The position numbers and the translations under genes were made by a program. A stretch of 48,893 bases of DNA from Bacteroidota bacterium (GTDB lineage: Bacteria > Bacteroidota > Bacteroidia > NS11-12g > UBA955): positions 1-48,893 of the forward strand of contig JBEDND010000146.1 in NCBI GenBank assembly GCA_041170785.1, read 5' to 3'. Shown piece after piece: positions 28,491 to 38,963 of the stretch (positions are counted from its first letter, which is position 1; the number at the start of each line of letters is the position of its first letter). Below the pieces are notes generated by a model. It made no database searches. It saw only the letters and a program-made list of their open reading frames with translations, and had not been told where the DNA came from.

Positions 28491-31400
28491 ATGAATAAAA
28501 CACTACGTTCACTGCTTGCTGTCACAGCCTTTATAGGCTTCAGCTTCGGCCTTCAGGCACAGACCAACTATGGGGAGCTGCGCGGTGTGGTGACCAATGC
28601 TGAGACCAAACAACCCATTGTAGGTGCCACCCTCGTGCTTGTGCGCGACGGCGTGGAGGCCGGCAAGGTGAATAGCGGTAATGGCGGTCGCTACTACTTT
28701 AAGACCATTGACCCGGGGAATTACATGCTCATCACTTCATTCAATGAGATGGGTACAGATTCCGTTACGGTGAAGATTGTTGAAAACGTACCCCAGGAAG
28801 AAAACGTGCGCTTGTATCCTAAGGCGAGCAGCATGCGTACACTCGTGATCCGTAGCAAGGTTCAGAAAAAGGTAATCGACCGCACGGGCAACACGGCGGT
28901 AGTTACTCGAGATGATCTTGTTAAAATGAACAGCCGCAGTGTGGCCAGCATTGCTACGGCAAGTGCCGGTGGTGTGGTTTCCACAGCGCAAGGCATTTCT
29001 TTCCGCGGATCGCGGGCAGATGGAACGGCTTACTACGTGGACGGAGTTCGCGTAATTGGTAACCTCACGTCCATCCTTGCAGGCCAGCAGCAAGTAACCG
29101 TAATCCAGGGTGGTGTTCCCGCTCAGTACGGTGACTTTACCGGTGGTGCAATCAGCGTAACCACGCGCGGTATTTCCAGAAATTACATCGGCAGCCTTGA
29201 AGCCATCACCTCACAGCAATTGGACCCCTATGGATACAACCAGATTGAAGGTTACCTGTCGGGTCCGCTGCTCATTGCGAACAAAGGAAACAAATCAAAG
29301 GAATTTGTTCGCCTCGGTTTCTCTTTGTCCGGAAGTGGTAACTACACCAAAGACCGCGCCCCTGTGGTAACAGGTGTGTATGTGGTGAAAGAAGATAAAC
29401 TGCGCGAAATCGAAGAGCGTCCCCTCATTGCCACACCCAACGGCTTGGTGCATTCAGGGAACTTCCTTCGCGAGAGCGATCTGGAATTGCTGAAAGCCAG
29501 ACCAAATTCCGGTGCCAACACCGCCGCCCTGCAGGGTAAGCTGGTGTATCAGTTCAACAAACAAACAGACTTTACGGTGTTTGGCAGCTACTTCGGCCAG
29601 AGCGCATATTCAGCATCTAACTCCATCATGAACTTTGGTCTGAACCCCCGCACAGACGCCAGCACTGTGCGTACATATGCCAGGTTCACACAAAAATTGA
29701 AGAATGCAGAAGGTTCTGCCATCCAGAACGCATTTTATACCATCCGCTTTGATTACCAGAGCAGTGCATCCAAAACACGCGATGCAAATCACTTGGACAG
29801 GTACTTCGATTACGGAAACCTCGGTGCCTTCACACATTATCCCACCGAAGCATTTGCGTATTCTCATGGCGATGCCAGCGGAAACCCAAACAGGCAGCCA
29901 CGCCGGGTGCGCGACCAGTTCGGCAACATCGTATTTATCAGGGACTACTGGGAACAAATAGGTTTTACCGACACACTGGTAACCTTTACGCCCAGCGGCC
30001 TGAACCCCTTGCGTGCCAACTATACCAGCAACCTTTACGATTATATCGCTGGTTTGGGCGGCAAGGTGCGTAACGACAATACCATCATCAACAACCAAGG
30101 TTTGTTGAATGGATTCAATCCTCCAAACGTTTACTCACTGTGGTCCACTCCAGGAACTGTAACCGCCAACTGGAGTAAAAGCCAGGCGGAGCGTTATACC
30201 GTGTTTGCAATGGGTGAGTTCCAAGTGAAAGGCAAGGAAGCGGAAGGTCAGTTGCGTACACCACACGACATCCAGTTTGGCTTGACCTACGAACAGGAAA
30301 TCCAGCGCGGCTATGGCCTTGGCGCCAATGGACTGTGGATTCTGATGCGCCAGCTGGCCAACAAACACATCTCTGAACTGGATGTAAACAATCCCATCCT
30401 TTCTTACGATCAATGGGGCGTTTTCCAGGATACCGTGCGCTACAACCGCCTCATCAACTACAACGAACAGAGCATGTTCGACAAGAACCTCCGCTCCAAG
30501 TTGATCGCAAGCGGTGCTAAAGACGTGTACGGAAAACCAATCACCGAAAGCACCTTCCTGGACATCAATGCCATGGATCCTTCAACCTTCGACCTGAACA
30601 TGTTCAATGCAGATGAACTGCTGAACAATGGTAATGGTTACGTTTCTTACTTCGGTTATGACCATTTGGGTAATAAGGTGCGCGGACGTCCGGCCATCGA
30701 TAACTTTATCTTCGACCGCGACAACCGTACCATTGGTGCCTTCCAGCCTGTGTATATGGCTGCCTGGGTTCAGGACCAGTTTGCATACAAAGACCTGATT
30801 CTTCGTGTGGGTCTGCGTATGGAACGCTATGATGCGAACCAGCGCGTACTGGAAGATCCTTACAGCCTGTATCCAATGAAGACTGCTGCTGAGGTTACTG
30901 AATTGAATGGTCTAAATGTACTGCATCCCGACAACATCAAGGGTACATATAAAGTTTATGTGAACGACATCAATTCACCCACCCGCATCATTGGATATCG
31001 CGATGGTGTACAGTGGTATGATGCCAATGGCGGTGAAGTAACCAACCCTGAAATTCTTGCAAACCAAACCAGCAACGGACGTATTGCACCTTACCTGGTT
31101 GACCCGAATAACCAGCAGATTACACCTGCGTCCTTCAAAGACTTTACCCCGGCAATCAACATGTTGCCACGTATTTGGTTCCAGTTCCCCATCGACAGAA
31201 CCAAATTGTTCTACGCCAGCTACGACGTACTGGCACAGCGCCCCAATGCCGGTGCTTCTTTCCTGACCATTGATGAATTATACTTCCTTAAAAACAGACA
31301 GGGTAGTGTAATCTCCAATGGCGACTTGAAGCCACGTATTAAAACCGATTATGAAGTGGGCTTCAAGCAGCAAATCGGAAGAACAAGCGGCATTGAACTT

Positions 31401-32234
31401 ACTGCGAGCTACAGTGAAATTCGCGGGGATTTCGGATTGTATCAAATCAACCAAGGCTTTCCGGTTACCTATTCTACTTACAGAAACATTGACTTCAGTA
31501 CTGTCAAGAGTTTCCGAGTGCAGTACATCCTGACCCAACTCGGTCCGGTTAGCCTGACCGCAAACTACACCTTGCAGTTTGCCGACGGAACAGGTTCCAA
31601 CATCAACTCTCAGCAGGCGCTGATTGCCAGCAACCAGCCCAACCTGCGCACCATGATTCCTTTGGGTGAACTCGACATCCGTCATGCCATCAAAGGTGTG
31701 TTCAACATTGGTTGGGAAGGTGGCAAGGATAAGTATGGTAAGAACCTCTACACCGGCCCAAGGATTGGTGGAAAAGAAGTGTTCAAATTCACCAACCTGA
31801 ACATGATGTTCTTCGCCATCAGCGGAGCACCTTATACACCCACTACACAGCCTGTACAGATTGGCGCCGTAGATCGTGCACAGATCAAGGGCGTTCCGTT
31901 TGGAGCCCGTTTGCCCTGGCAGTTTACCATCAATGCCAACCTGAGCAAGTCGTTCGAAATCAACCGCGGAACCGGCAAGCGCCCGCTGATGGCTAATGCA
32001 TACCTGTGGGTAGAAAATGCACTCAATGGCCGCAACATCGTGAGCGTTTATCGCTACACCGGACTGCCTACAGACGATGGATTCCTGAATTCACCACAAG
32101 GTCAATTGGCCATTCAGCGCCAAATCAATGCACAGAGCTATGTTGATTTGTACCGCGCACTGCTGAACACCCAGGGTGGTAACTACGCAGCACCAAGAAC
32201 CATTCGTTTGGGTATTCGCTTCAACATCAACTAA
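28491..32234 (+). CDS. Large TonB-dependent-receptor-like outer-membrane barrel with an N-terminal carboxypeptidase-regulatory-like domain
   Basis: Signal GLQA|Q; GELRGVVTNAETKQPIVGA Ig-like domain; plug FRGSRADGTAYYVDGVRV...GGVPAQYGDFTGGAISVTTR; C-terminal PRTIRLGIRFNIN strand. Confidence 0.8.
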   Translation: MNKTLRSLLAVTAFIGFSFGLQAQTNYGELRGVVTNAETKQPIVGATLVLVRDGVEAGKVNSGNGGRYYFKTIDPGNYMLITSFNEMGTDSVTVKIVENVPQEENVRLYPKASSMRTLVIRSKVQKKVIDRTGNTAVVTRDDLVKMNSRSVASIATASAGGVVSTAQGISFRGSRADGTAYYVDGVRVIGNLTSILAGQQQVTVIQGGVPAQYGDFTGGAISVTTRGISRNYIGSLEAITSQQLDPYGYNQIEGYLSGPLLIANKGNKSKEFVRLGFSLSGSGNYTKDRAPVVTGVYVVKEDKLREIEERPLIATPNGLVHSGNFLRESDLELLKARPNSGANTAALQGKLVYQFNKQTDFTVFGSYFGQSAYSASNSIMNFGLNPRTDASTVRTYARFTQKLKNAEGSAIQNAFYTIRFDYQSSASKTRDANHLDRYFDYGNLGAFTHYPTEAFAYSHGDASGNPNRQPRRVRDQFGNIVFIRDYWEQIGFTDTLVTFTPSGLNPLRANYTSNLYDYIAGLGGKVRNDNTIINNQGLLNGFNPPNVYSLWSTPGTVTANWSKSQAERYTVFAMGEFQVKGKEAEGQLRTPHDIQFGLTYEQEIQRGYGLGANGLWILMRQLANKHISELDVNNPILSYDQWGVFQDTVRYNRLINYNEQSMFDKNLRSKLIASGAKDVYGKPITESTFLDINAMDPSTFDLNMFNADELLNNGNGYVSYFGYDHLGNKVRGRPAIDNFIFDRDNRTIGAFQPVYMAAWVQDQFAYKDLILRVGLRMERYDANQRVLEDPYSLYPMKTAAEVTELNGLNVLHPDNIKGTYKVYVNDINSPTRIIGYRDGVQWYDANGGEVTNPEILANQTSNGRIAPYLVDPNNQQITPASFKDFTPAINMLPRIWFQFPIDRTKLFYASYDVLAQRPNAGASFLTIDELYFLKNRQGSVISNGDLKPRIKTDYEVGFKQQIGRTSGIELTASYSEIRGDFGLYQINQGFPVTYSTYRNIDFSTVKSFRVQYILTQLGPVSLTANYTLQFADGTGSNINSQQALIASNQPNLRTMIPLGELDIRHAIKGVFNIGWEGGKDKYGKNLYTGPRIGGKEVFKFTNLNMMFFAISGAPYTPTTQPVQIGAVDRAQIKGVPFGARLPWQFTINANLSKSFEINRGTGKRPLMANAYLWVENALNGRNIVSVYRYTGLPTDDGFLNSPQGQLAIQRQINAQSYVDLYRALLNTQGGNYAAPRTIRLGIRFNIN

Positions 32235-32281
32235 GATCTTAGGATAGCATCTATTAAATAGGTCTTTAAAGCAACAGTGAT

Positions 32282-35200
32282 ATGAGACAAAGAGCAAAAT
32301 ATATCTTCAGCGGTATGCTGATGTTGGTGGCCCTGTCAGCCGTTCAGGCCAGGCCCGTTACCAACTTGAATCCACGGAGTAAACCCATTACCCAGGATCG
32401 CCGCATGAACATGTTCGCCAATACCTGCGAACCTGCTACGCAGAGTGCCGACATGGACATCAATAACGTGCGTACCAAAATCCTGAACGGTGGCGACATG
32501 TGGTGGGATTTGAACAATCCTAAGTATGAAGTACCAAAAGTTACCGATGCAAATGCAGTGCGTAAACATGCGCTGTTTAGCGGTGCCTTGTGGATTGGCG
32601 GTCTGGACGACGGTGGGAACCTGAAGCTGGCGGCCATGACTTACCGTCAGCGCGGAAGCGATTTCTGGCCGGGTCCGTTGGACACAACAACCGCCGGCAC
32701 CGATCCACAGCGTTGTAAAGCCTATGACCGTATCTGGAAAGTGACCAGAACGGAAATGGAAGAAGCCGAAGCCAATAACTGGATAAATCCGGCTGCCGGT
32801 ATCACCGAATGGCCTGCTGGTCTGAACCGTCCTTATGCCACCAGTTCTACAGAGCCTAAATCATTGGCACCATTTAAAGACATCAACAGCAACGGCATTT
32901 ATGAACCATTTCAGGGCGAACACCCGGTACTGGATACCCGCCGACCTATCAGTGAAAACGGCGTAGATCGCCAGCCCGACATGATGCTGTGGTTCTGCTA
33001 CAACGATAAAGGAAACATCCACAGTGAAACACAAGGCGTTCCCATTGGTATAGAACTGCATACCACCGCATTTGCCTTCGCTACGAACGACGAAGTGAAC
33101 AACATGACTTTCTATTCTACAGAAGTCATCAACCGCAGTTTCAGCAAAATCAACCAAACCTATTTCGGCCAGTGGGTTGATGCGGATCTTGGCAACTACG
33201 CGGATGACTACGTTGGTTGTGATGTAGATCGCGCTCTGGGTTACTGCTACAATGGTGATGAAGACGATGAAGGCGTATTGGGTTATGGCCTGAATCCTCC
33301 TTCTGTTGGGGTTGACTTTTTCGAAGGTCCGCGTGACTCTGCCGGTAATGAACTGGGCATGGGCGCGTTCATGTATTACAACAACGACAACAACCCCATC
33401 AACGGAAACCCCGATCTGGCTCAGGAATTTTACAACCTGCTTCGCGGCCGTTGGCTCGGTGGCCAGAACGTAACCTTTGGCGGAAACGGCATCGGCGGGT
33501 CACAAACTACCCGTTACATGTTCTCTGCAGGTACTGATCCTGAATTCCCTGGTCAATGCTGGGATGAACGCAGCTCAGGGAACCGCCCGGGTGACCGCCG
33601 CTTCTTGCAGTCTTCCGGCCCTTTCACCATGTATCCCGGTGCAGTTAACCGTGTGACCGTGGGTGTGGTTTGGGCGCGTACCACTTCCGGTGGCGCGGGT
33701 CAGCCATGTGCCGGTGCTGCTCAGGGTTCCTTAACCTTGCTCAGATTGGCTTCCGACAAAGCACAGCGTTTGTTCAACAACAACTTTAAAATCCTTGACG
33801 GGCCTGATGCTCCAGATGTGGAAATGCAGGAACTTGAAGGTGAACTGGTGATGAAGCTGGTAAACACCAACAGCAAAAAAGTTGAAGGTTACACTGAAGC
33901 CTACATCAACGAAGCCAATAAGCAACTTACCTATAAATTCCAAGGTTACCTTGTGTATCAGCTCAAAGACGCTACCGTAAATACCGGTGACCTTGAGAAT
34001 GTGGATAAGGCGCGCCTCTTGTTCCAGTGCGACGTGAAAGACAATTTTGCACAGATCATCAACCGCGTATTCGACCCTAAGGTGAATGCCTATATTCCTG
34101 AGGAAAAAGTAAACGGTGAGAACAATGGGCTGAGCCATTCCTTCAGCATCAAGAAGGATCTGTTCGCAACCGGTGCCAACCAGGGTTTGGTGGATTTCAG
34201 AACCTACTATTACATGGTGCTTTCCTATGGCGTACTTGCGGATGATACCTTGTCCACAGAGCCTGTGCAGTTCCTTGCAGGCCGTAGGAATATTCAGGTA
34301 GTAAAAGCAATTCCTCACAAAACAGATCCTGAGAATTTCGGAACCCGTTTGAATGCGGGCTACGGCAGCGGTCCTACGCTGCAGCGCATTGAAGGACGTG
34401 GAAATGGTGGAAACGTGCTTGAGTTCACTGAGGAAACCGTCAACGAAATATTGGCGAACAACGAAAGCAAGTTCCCCAAATACCTGGGCGGAAATGGCCC
34501 GGCGAAAATCAAAGTTGTAGATCCGCTGAAAGTTCCTAAAGCGAATTTTGAACTCTACATCTTGGAGCCTAATCCCCGCACGCAGCCTACTGCGCAGGGA
34601 TGGCAGGACACCATCCGTTCTACGAGTCGTTGGATGTTGGTGAACAAAACCACCAACGATACCGTATTCAGCGATACCACGCTTGCGTACAAGTTTGAAT
34701 CACTGCAAGGAAGGGCTGCCCTGACCAACAATCCAAGTCCATCCAAGGTGGGAAGGGTAAATTTGAACGATTGGGGTCTGAGTATTGAAATGGAACAGGT
34801 GAATAACCCTGGCACCAAGCCTCAGGCAGATGTTGCGAATGGACTGCTCGACTGGAGTGTTGAGTTTGAGGATCCGGGAAGGCCCTGGCTCACAGCAATT
34901 GTCGATAACGATGCTGCTCAGGGAACAGGCATTTGGCAAAACTGGATCCGTTCAGGCAATGCAGGTCGCGGAAGTACCTTCAGTCCCTATGAGCATGACA
35001 TGCAGGATGCAAGCGGAAACCCGCTGGATCCCAACGGTTCGTATGAGAAAATCTGGAATGGAAGAATCGCACCCTATGCCCTGGCAGCACGCGCCGGTCT
35101 TGAAGCCACCACCAATAGAAACACTTTTGGAATGGCTTGGAGAAACAGTGCTGTTTCTGACAATCCATTAACCGAACTCGCAAGCATTGACCTGGTGATT

Positions 35201-36205
35201 ACTCCGGATCGTTCCAAATGGACAGAATGTATCGTTCTTGAAATGGCGGATGATCAGGTGAAGAGCAGCACTGAAGGTCAGATGGATAAATTCAACATGC
35301 GTTGGGGAAGCAGCCGCGACAGGGAGCTGAAAGCTACCGGTGGTCAGGGCAAGAGTTATTTCCCGGGTTATGCCATGAATTTGGAAACCGGCGAACGATT
35401 GAATCTGGCTTTTGGTGAAGACAGCTATCTGCCAGGGGAAAACGGTCAGGATATGATCTGGAACCCTACATCAACGTTCTTTAACGACAATGGCAATTAT
35501 CCTGCATTGGGCGGTAAGCACTTCATCTATGTATTCGGAACCGGTCATAGTTTCGGTGTACAGCGCACTGTAAAAGGTAAAAAGTATCCTGAGGGCATCA
35601 ACGATTATGCTTCTGTGCTTCTTCCCGGTTCTGCCGGAGCTTCACCCGGAACCGTTGACAAGAGAAGGGTACTTTCTCAAATTATGTGGGTGATTCCAAC
35701 GATGATGACACCGGGCTATTCTATGAAAGATGGAGTTCCGCCAACTGAAGTTCGCATCCGCATCCGAATAAAGAAGGCATACACCACCTATAACACTTCA
35801 GGAGCACCTGTCAATAACAACCTGCCGGTTTATGCCTTCAACAGCGAAGACATTGCTCCGGCCATTTCCACAGAGCATGGTAAGAAATCTCTGGATTTGG
35901 TAAATGTGGTGCCCAACCCTTACAGGGCATTCAGTAAATACGAAACCAGTCCAATTGATGCACGTGTGAAAATCACAAACCTGCCACCAACATGTACCAT
36001 CAGTATTTACAACCTGAGTGGTGCTCTGGTGAGGCGTATTGAGAAGGCTGATGACCGCACCTTCGTAGATTGGGATTTGAAGAATGACGCCAGTGTTCCG
36101 ATTGCGAGTGGTTTGTACATCATCCACGTAAAGGCCCCGGATTTAGGTGAGAAAATCATCAGGTGGTATGGCATCATGCACTCTGTGGACCTTGATAGTT
36201 ATTAA
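32282..36205 (+). CDS. Large secreted protein (1307 aa) with a T9SS-like C-terminal domain, function unknown
   Basis: Signal peptide, N-terminal MDINNVRTKILNGGDMWWD and C-terminal VNVVPNPY...ISIYNLSGALVR...WDLKND...IASGLYIIHV. Confidence 0.75.
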   Translation: MRQRAKYIFSGMLMLVALSAVQARPVTNLNPRSKPITQDRRMNMFANTCEPATQSADMDINNVRTKILNGGDMWWDLNNPKYEVPKVTDANAVRKHALFSGALWIGGLDDGGNLKLAAMTYRQRGSDFWPGPLDTTTAGTDPQRCKAYDRIWKVTRTEMEEAEANNWINPAAGITEWPAGLNRPYATSSTEPKSLAPFKDINSNGIYEPFQGEHPVLDTRRPISENGVDRQPDMMLWFCYNDKGNIHSETQGVPIGIELHTTAFAFATNDEVNNMTFYSTEVINRSFSKINQTYFGQWVDADLGNYADDYVGCDVDRALGYCYNGDEDDEGVLGYGLNPPSVGVDFFEGPRDSAGNELGMGAFMYYNNDNNPINGNPDLAQEFYNLLRGRWLGGQNVTFGGNGIGGSQTTRYMFSAGTDPEFPGQCWDERSSGNRPGDRRFLQSSGPFTMYPGAVNRVTVGVVWARTTSGGAGQPCAGAAQGSLTLLRLASDKAQRLFNNNFKILDGPDAPDVEMQELEGELVMKLVNTNSKKVEGYTEAYINEANKQLTYKFQGYLVYQLKDATVNTGDLENVDKARLLFQCDVKDNFAQIINRVFDPKVNAYIPEEKVNGENNGLSHSFSIKKDLFATGANQGLVDFRTYYYMVLSYGVLADDTLSTEPVQFLAGRRNIQVVKAIPHKTDPENFGTRLNAGYGSGPTLQRIEGRGNGGNVLEFTEETVNEILANNESKFPKYLGGNGPAKIKVVDPLKVPKANFELYILEPNPRTQPTAQGWQDTIRSTSRWMLVNKTTNDTVFSDTTLAYKFESLQGRAALTNNPSPSKVGRVNLNDWGLSIEMEQVNNPGTKPQADVANGLLDWSVEFEDPGRPWLTAIVDNDAAQGTGIWQNWIRSGNAGRGSTFSPYEHDMQDASGNPLDPNGSYEKIWNGRIAPYALAARAGLEATTNRNTFGMAWRNSAVSDNPLTELASIDLVITPDRSKWTECIVLEMADDQVKSSTEGQMDKFNMRWGSSRDRELKATGGQGKSYFPGYAMNLETGERLNLAFGEDSYLPGENGQDMIWNPTSTFFNDNGNYPALGGKHFIYVFGTGHSFGVQRTVKGKKYPEGINDYASVLLPGSAGASPGTVDKRRVLSQIMWVIPTMMTPGYSMKDGVPPTEVRIRIRIKKAYTTYNTSGAPVNNNLPVYAFNSEDIAPAISTEHGKKSLDLVNVVPNPYRAFSKYETSPIDARVKITNLPPTCTISIYNLSGALVRRIEKADDRTFVDWDLKNDASVPIASGLYIIHVKAPDLGEKIIRWYGIMHSVDLDSY

Positions 36206-36234
36206 AGGATTTTAACCCCAAAAAGAAAAGAAAC

Positions 36235-37332
36235 ATGAATCTTAATAAAGCATGGAGCCTTGCCGCAGCACTTTGTTCAGGTATTGCGCTATGGGCAGGT
36301 AATCCCGACCGTCAGGGACAGGCAGGTGCCCAACAATTGGTGGTGAATGGCTGGGGCCGCAACTCCTCATGGGGTTGGTCTGGGGTAAGTACTGCCAAGG
36401 GTGTTGAAGCAAGTTATGTGAATATTGCCGGCCTGGCTCGTGCAAACATGACCGAAGCAGCGTTCTCACGAACCAATTGGCTCAGCGGCAGCGGTATCAA
36501 CATCAATAGTTTCGGACTGGCTCAGAAGGTGAGTGAAGACGGCGTGCTTGGCGTAAGCGTCATGCAATGGCAAGTGGCACCCATCGTGATTACCACCGAA
36601 GATCAGCCTTATGGCGGTTTGGGAACATACCGCGTGAGCATGACAAACTTTGGTGTTGGCTATGGTAAAACCTTCAACACCATCACTGCCGGTGTAATGT
36701 TCCGTGCCGTAAGTGAAGGAATTCCGGATGCCAGGGCATTGGGTGTGAGTATGGATGCCGGCGTTCAATATGTGAATTCTGCCAATCCTGCCAGTACCAT
36801 TAAGAAGAACGACATCCATTTCGGTTTGGTGGTGAAGAACATCGGTCCGGATATGCGCCACACCGGTGATGGTTTGAGCACCAAAGCGGTGGTTACAAAT
36901 GGTGATTATACCAAAACCCTCCAGCATCGCGTGGATCGTTTCCAGCTGCCTACCGTGCTTGCAATGAGTGCCGCTTACGATTTCCGTCTGGACCGTGACC
37001 CCGGATTGTACATGCACCGTTTAACCTTGGCACTTGGTTTCGCAAACCATGCCTTCCAGAATAACGAAACGAGTCTGGGCATGGAATATGCGTACAACAA
37101 CTTCATTTCCGGAAGATTGGGCTTTACCTATCAGGAGGGCATTTTCAATTACGATACGCGAATCACTGCCTACACAGGACTGAATGCAGGCTTGTCTTTG
37201 GATGTGCCCTTTAAGACAGGTAAGGACAGCAAATCCAACCTAGGTATTGATTACAGCTATCGCGCCACGAATCCGTTTGGAGGAACACATACCTTCGGTG
37301 TGCGCATTGACCTGAATTACGAAAACGAATAA
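36235..37332 (+). CDS. PorV/PorQ family (FadL-like) outer-membrane beta-barrel
   Basis: GQAGAQQLVVNGWGRNSSWG...ASYVNIAGLA...AFSRTNWL N-terminus and IDYSYRATNPFGGTHTFGVRI C-terminus. Confidence 0.75.
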   Translation: MNLNKAWSLAAALCSGIALWAGNPDRQGQAGAQQLVVNGWGRNSSWGWSGVSTAKGVEASYVNIAGLARANMTEAAFSRTNWLSGSGININSFGLAQKVSEDGVLGVSVMQWQVAPIVITTEDQPYGGLGTYRVSMTNFGVGYGKTFNTITAGVMFRAVSEGIPDARALGVSMDAGVQYVNSANPASTIKKNDIHFGLVVKNIGPDMRHTGDGLSTKAVVTNGDYTKTLQHRVDRFQLPTVLAMSAAYDFRLDRDPGLYMHRLTLALGFANHAFQNNETSLGMEYAYNNFISGRLGFTYQEGIFNYDTRITAYTGLNAGLSLDVPFKTGKDSKSNLGIDYSYRATNPFGGTHTFGVRIDLNYENE

Positions 37333-37342
37333 GGCCGAAACT

Positions 37343-37350
37343 TATCTTTG
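37343..37350 (+). promoter_or_regulatory. -7 promoter element upstream of greA
   Basis: Exact TATCTTTG, 66 nt before the greA ATG. Confidence 0.55.
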
Positions 37351-37351
37351 T

Positions 37352-37387
37352 AGTGTTGCACTCTAAAGGGTGCAACACTTTTTTTTT
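37352..37387 (+). terminator. Intrinsic terminator between the PorV-like gene and greA
   Basis: AGTGTTGCACTC-TAAA-GGGTGCAACACT forms a 12-bp stem with one G.U pair, followed by a T-run to 37387. Confidence 0.85.
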
Positions 37388-37416
37388 AACCCCAAGCGAT
37401 AAAGCGAATAAGAATT

Positions 37417-37890
37417 ATGAGCGAGATTACATATCTGACAAAAGAAGGCATGGAGAAACTGAAGCAGGAACTCCATGAATTAAAAGCGGTGGAACGTCCC
37501 AGAATTTCACGCGCTATAGCTGAGGCACGAGAAAAAGGTGACCTCAGTGAAAATGCTGAATACGATGCGGCAAAAGAAGCTCAGGGTATGTTGGAAATGA
37601 AGATAGCGCAGCTGCAAACCTTGCTGTCTAATGCCCGCCTCATTGATGCTTCTAAGGTAGATACAAGTAAGGTTACCATCCTCAGCTCTGTTCGCGTCAT
37701 GAATTTCAGTCTGAAAAAAGAATTCACCTTTATGTTGGTGAGCGAGAAAGAAGCAGATTTAAAGCTTGGTAAGATTTCAGTTAAATCTGCGATTGGTTCG
37801 GCTTTGATGGGCCGTCAAGTTGGGGATGTAGTGGAAGTGCAGGTTCCTGCCGGCCTCATGAAAATGGAGGTTCTGGAAATATTCCGTTAA
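37417..37890 (+). CDS. greA: Transcription elongation factor GreA
   Basis: YLTKEG, AREKGDLSENAEYDAAKEAQ and KISVKSAIGSALMG motifs. Confidence 0.97.
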   Translation: MSEITYLTKEGMEKLKQELHELKAVERPRISRAIAEAREKGDLSENAEYDAAKEAQGMLEMKIAQLQTLLSNARLIDASKVDTSKVTILSSVRVMNFSLKKEFTFMLVSEKEADLKLGKISVKSAIGSALMGRQVGDVVEVQVPAGLMKMEVLEIFR

Positions 37891-38289
37891 ATGGCGTCTA
37901 TTTTTACGAAAATCATAAACCGGGAAATACCGGCACATATTCTTGCAGAATCAGAACGTTTTATTGCGTTTCTGGACGTGAACCCCTTGGTTATGGGCCA
38001 TGCTTTGGTTGTGCCGAAGGCTGAAGTGGATGATGTGTTCGATTTGGCTGACGTTGAACTTCAGGAGGCACTGACATTCGCGCGCACCGTTGCCCAGGGC
38101 ATCCGGAAAGTGATTTCCTGCCGGAAGGTTGGTGTTTCAGTAGTTGGGCTTGAGGTGCCACATGCCCATATTCACCTGATTCCGCTGAACCGCGTGGATG
38201 ATATGAATTTTGGAAAACCCAAGCTGAAACCGGAACAAAGCGAATTGGCCAGTTTGGCAGCAGCAATACGCACCGCTATCGAGCACTAA
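37891..38289 (+). CDS. HIT family nucleotide hydrolase
   Basis: SIFTKIINREIP, FLDVNP...GHALVVPK and the VPHAHIHLIP histidine triad. Confidence 0.95.
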   Translation: MASIFTKIINREIPAHILAESERFIAFLDVNPLVMGHALVVPKAEVDDVFDLADVELQEALTFARTVAQGIRKVISCRKVGVSVVGLEVPHAHIHLIPLNRVDDMNFGKPKLKPEQSELASLAAAIRTAIEH

Positions 38290-38871
38290 TTACAACAGCC
38301 TTTTAGGGTTGTTGCTGATAAACTTAGCCCAGGCATCCTTTTTAGCATTCTTTTTGTTCTGTGTGCGGCCAATTTTGCCGGGGTCAGCTTGAAAGAAATG
38401 GCAAACGCTGGCCGCGAGCCCGTCCGTAGCGTCAAACTTTTCCGGAAGAACATCAATAGACATTAATTGTTGTAGTATGGCAGCAACCTGTTCTTTGCTG
38501 GCGCTCCCATTGCCTGTTACGCTTTGCTTGATTTTTCTGGGACTGTATTCGAATACTTCAACATCTTTATCAAGGGCAGCACCAATAGCAACACCCTGAG
38601 CACGTCCCAGCTTCAGCATGCTTTGTACGTTTTTGCCAAAAAATGGAGCTTCTAATGCCATCTCGCCAACACTATGTAACAAGATCAGCTCTGTCATTCT
38701 TATGTGGATACGCTTTAGTCGTTCGGCATGGTCTCTAACTTTCTCCAACCGAAGTACACCCAGGTCAAGCATCTCGAAACGTTTCCCATTACAGCCAATT
38801 ACGCCATACCCAAGAATTTGGGTGCCGGGGTCAACGCCAAGAATGATACGCTCAAAGGAAATTGGTGCCAT
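38290..38871 (-). CDS. ruvC: Holliday junction resolvase RuvC
   Basis: ILGVDPG, LEAPFFGKNVQSMLKLGRAQG, IKQSVTGNGSASKEQV and DATDGLA motifs. Start set at ATG 38871. Confidence 0.97.
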   Translation of the reverse strand: MAPISFERIILGVDPGTQILGYGVIGCNGKRFEMLDLGVLRLEKVRDHAERLKRIHIRMTELILLHSVGEMALEAPFFGKNVQSMLKLGRAQGVAIGAALDKDVEVFEYSPRKIKQSVTGNGSASKEQVAAILQQLMSIDVLPEKFDATDGLAASVCHFFQADPGKIGRTQNKKNAKKDAWAKFISNNPKRLL

Positions 38872-38919
38872 AGTGGCAAAGTTCCGATTTTGTCGGGGCA
38901 TTTTAAATTTTAAATATCC

Positions 38920-38963
38920 GTTGATTCGAACCCGTCCCTACGTTGTAGGGATGCCAGGGCGGC
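38920..38963 (-). repeat. tRNA-Asp-derived repeat B containing a 17-bp palindrome
   Basis: Minus strand reads GCCGCCCTG-GCA-TCCCTAC-AAC-GTAGGGA-CGGGTTCGAATC-AAC. It starts immediately after the GIY-YIG stop codon and is 40/44 identical to 39435-39478. Confidence 0.9.
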
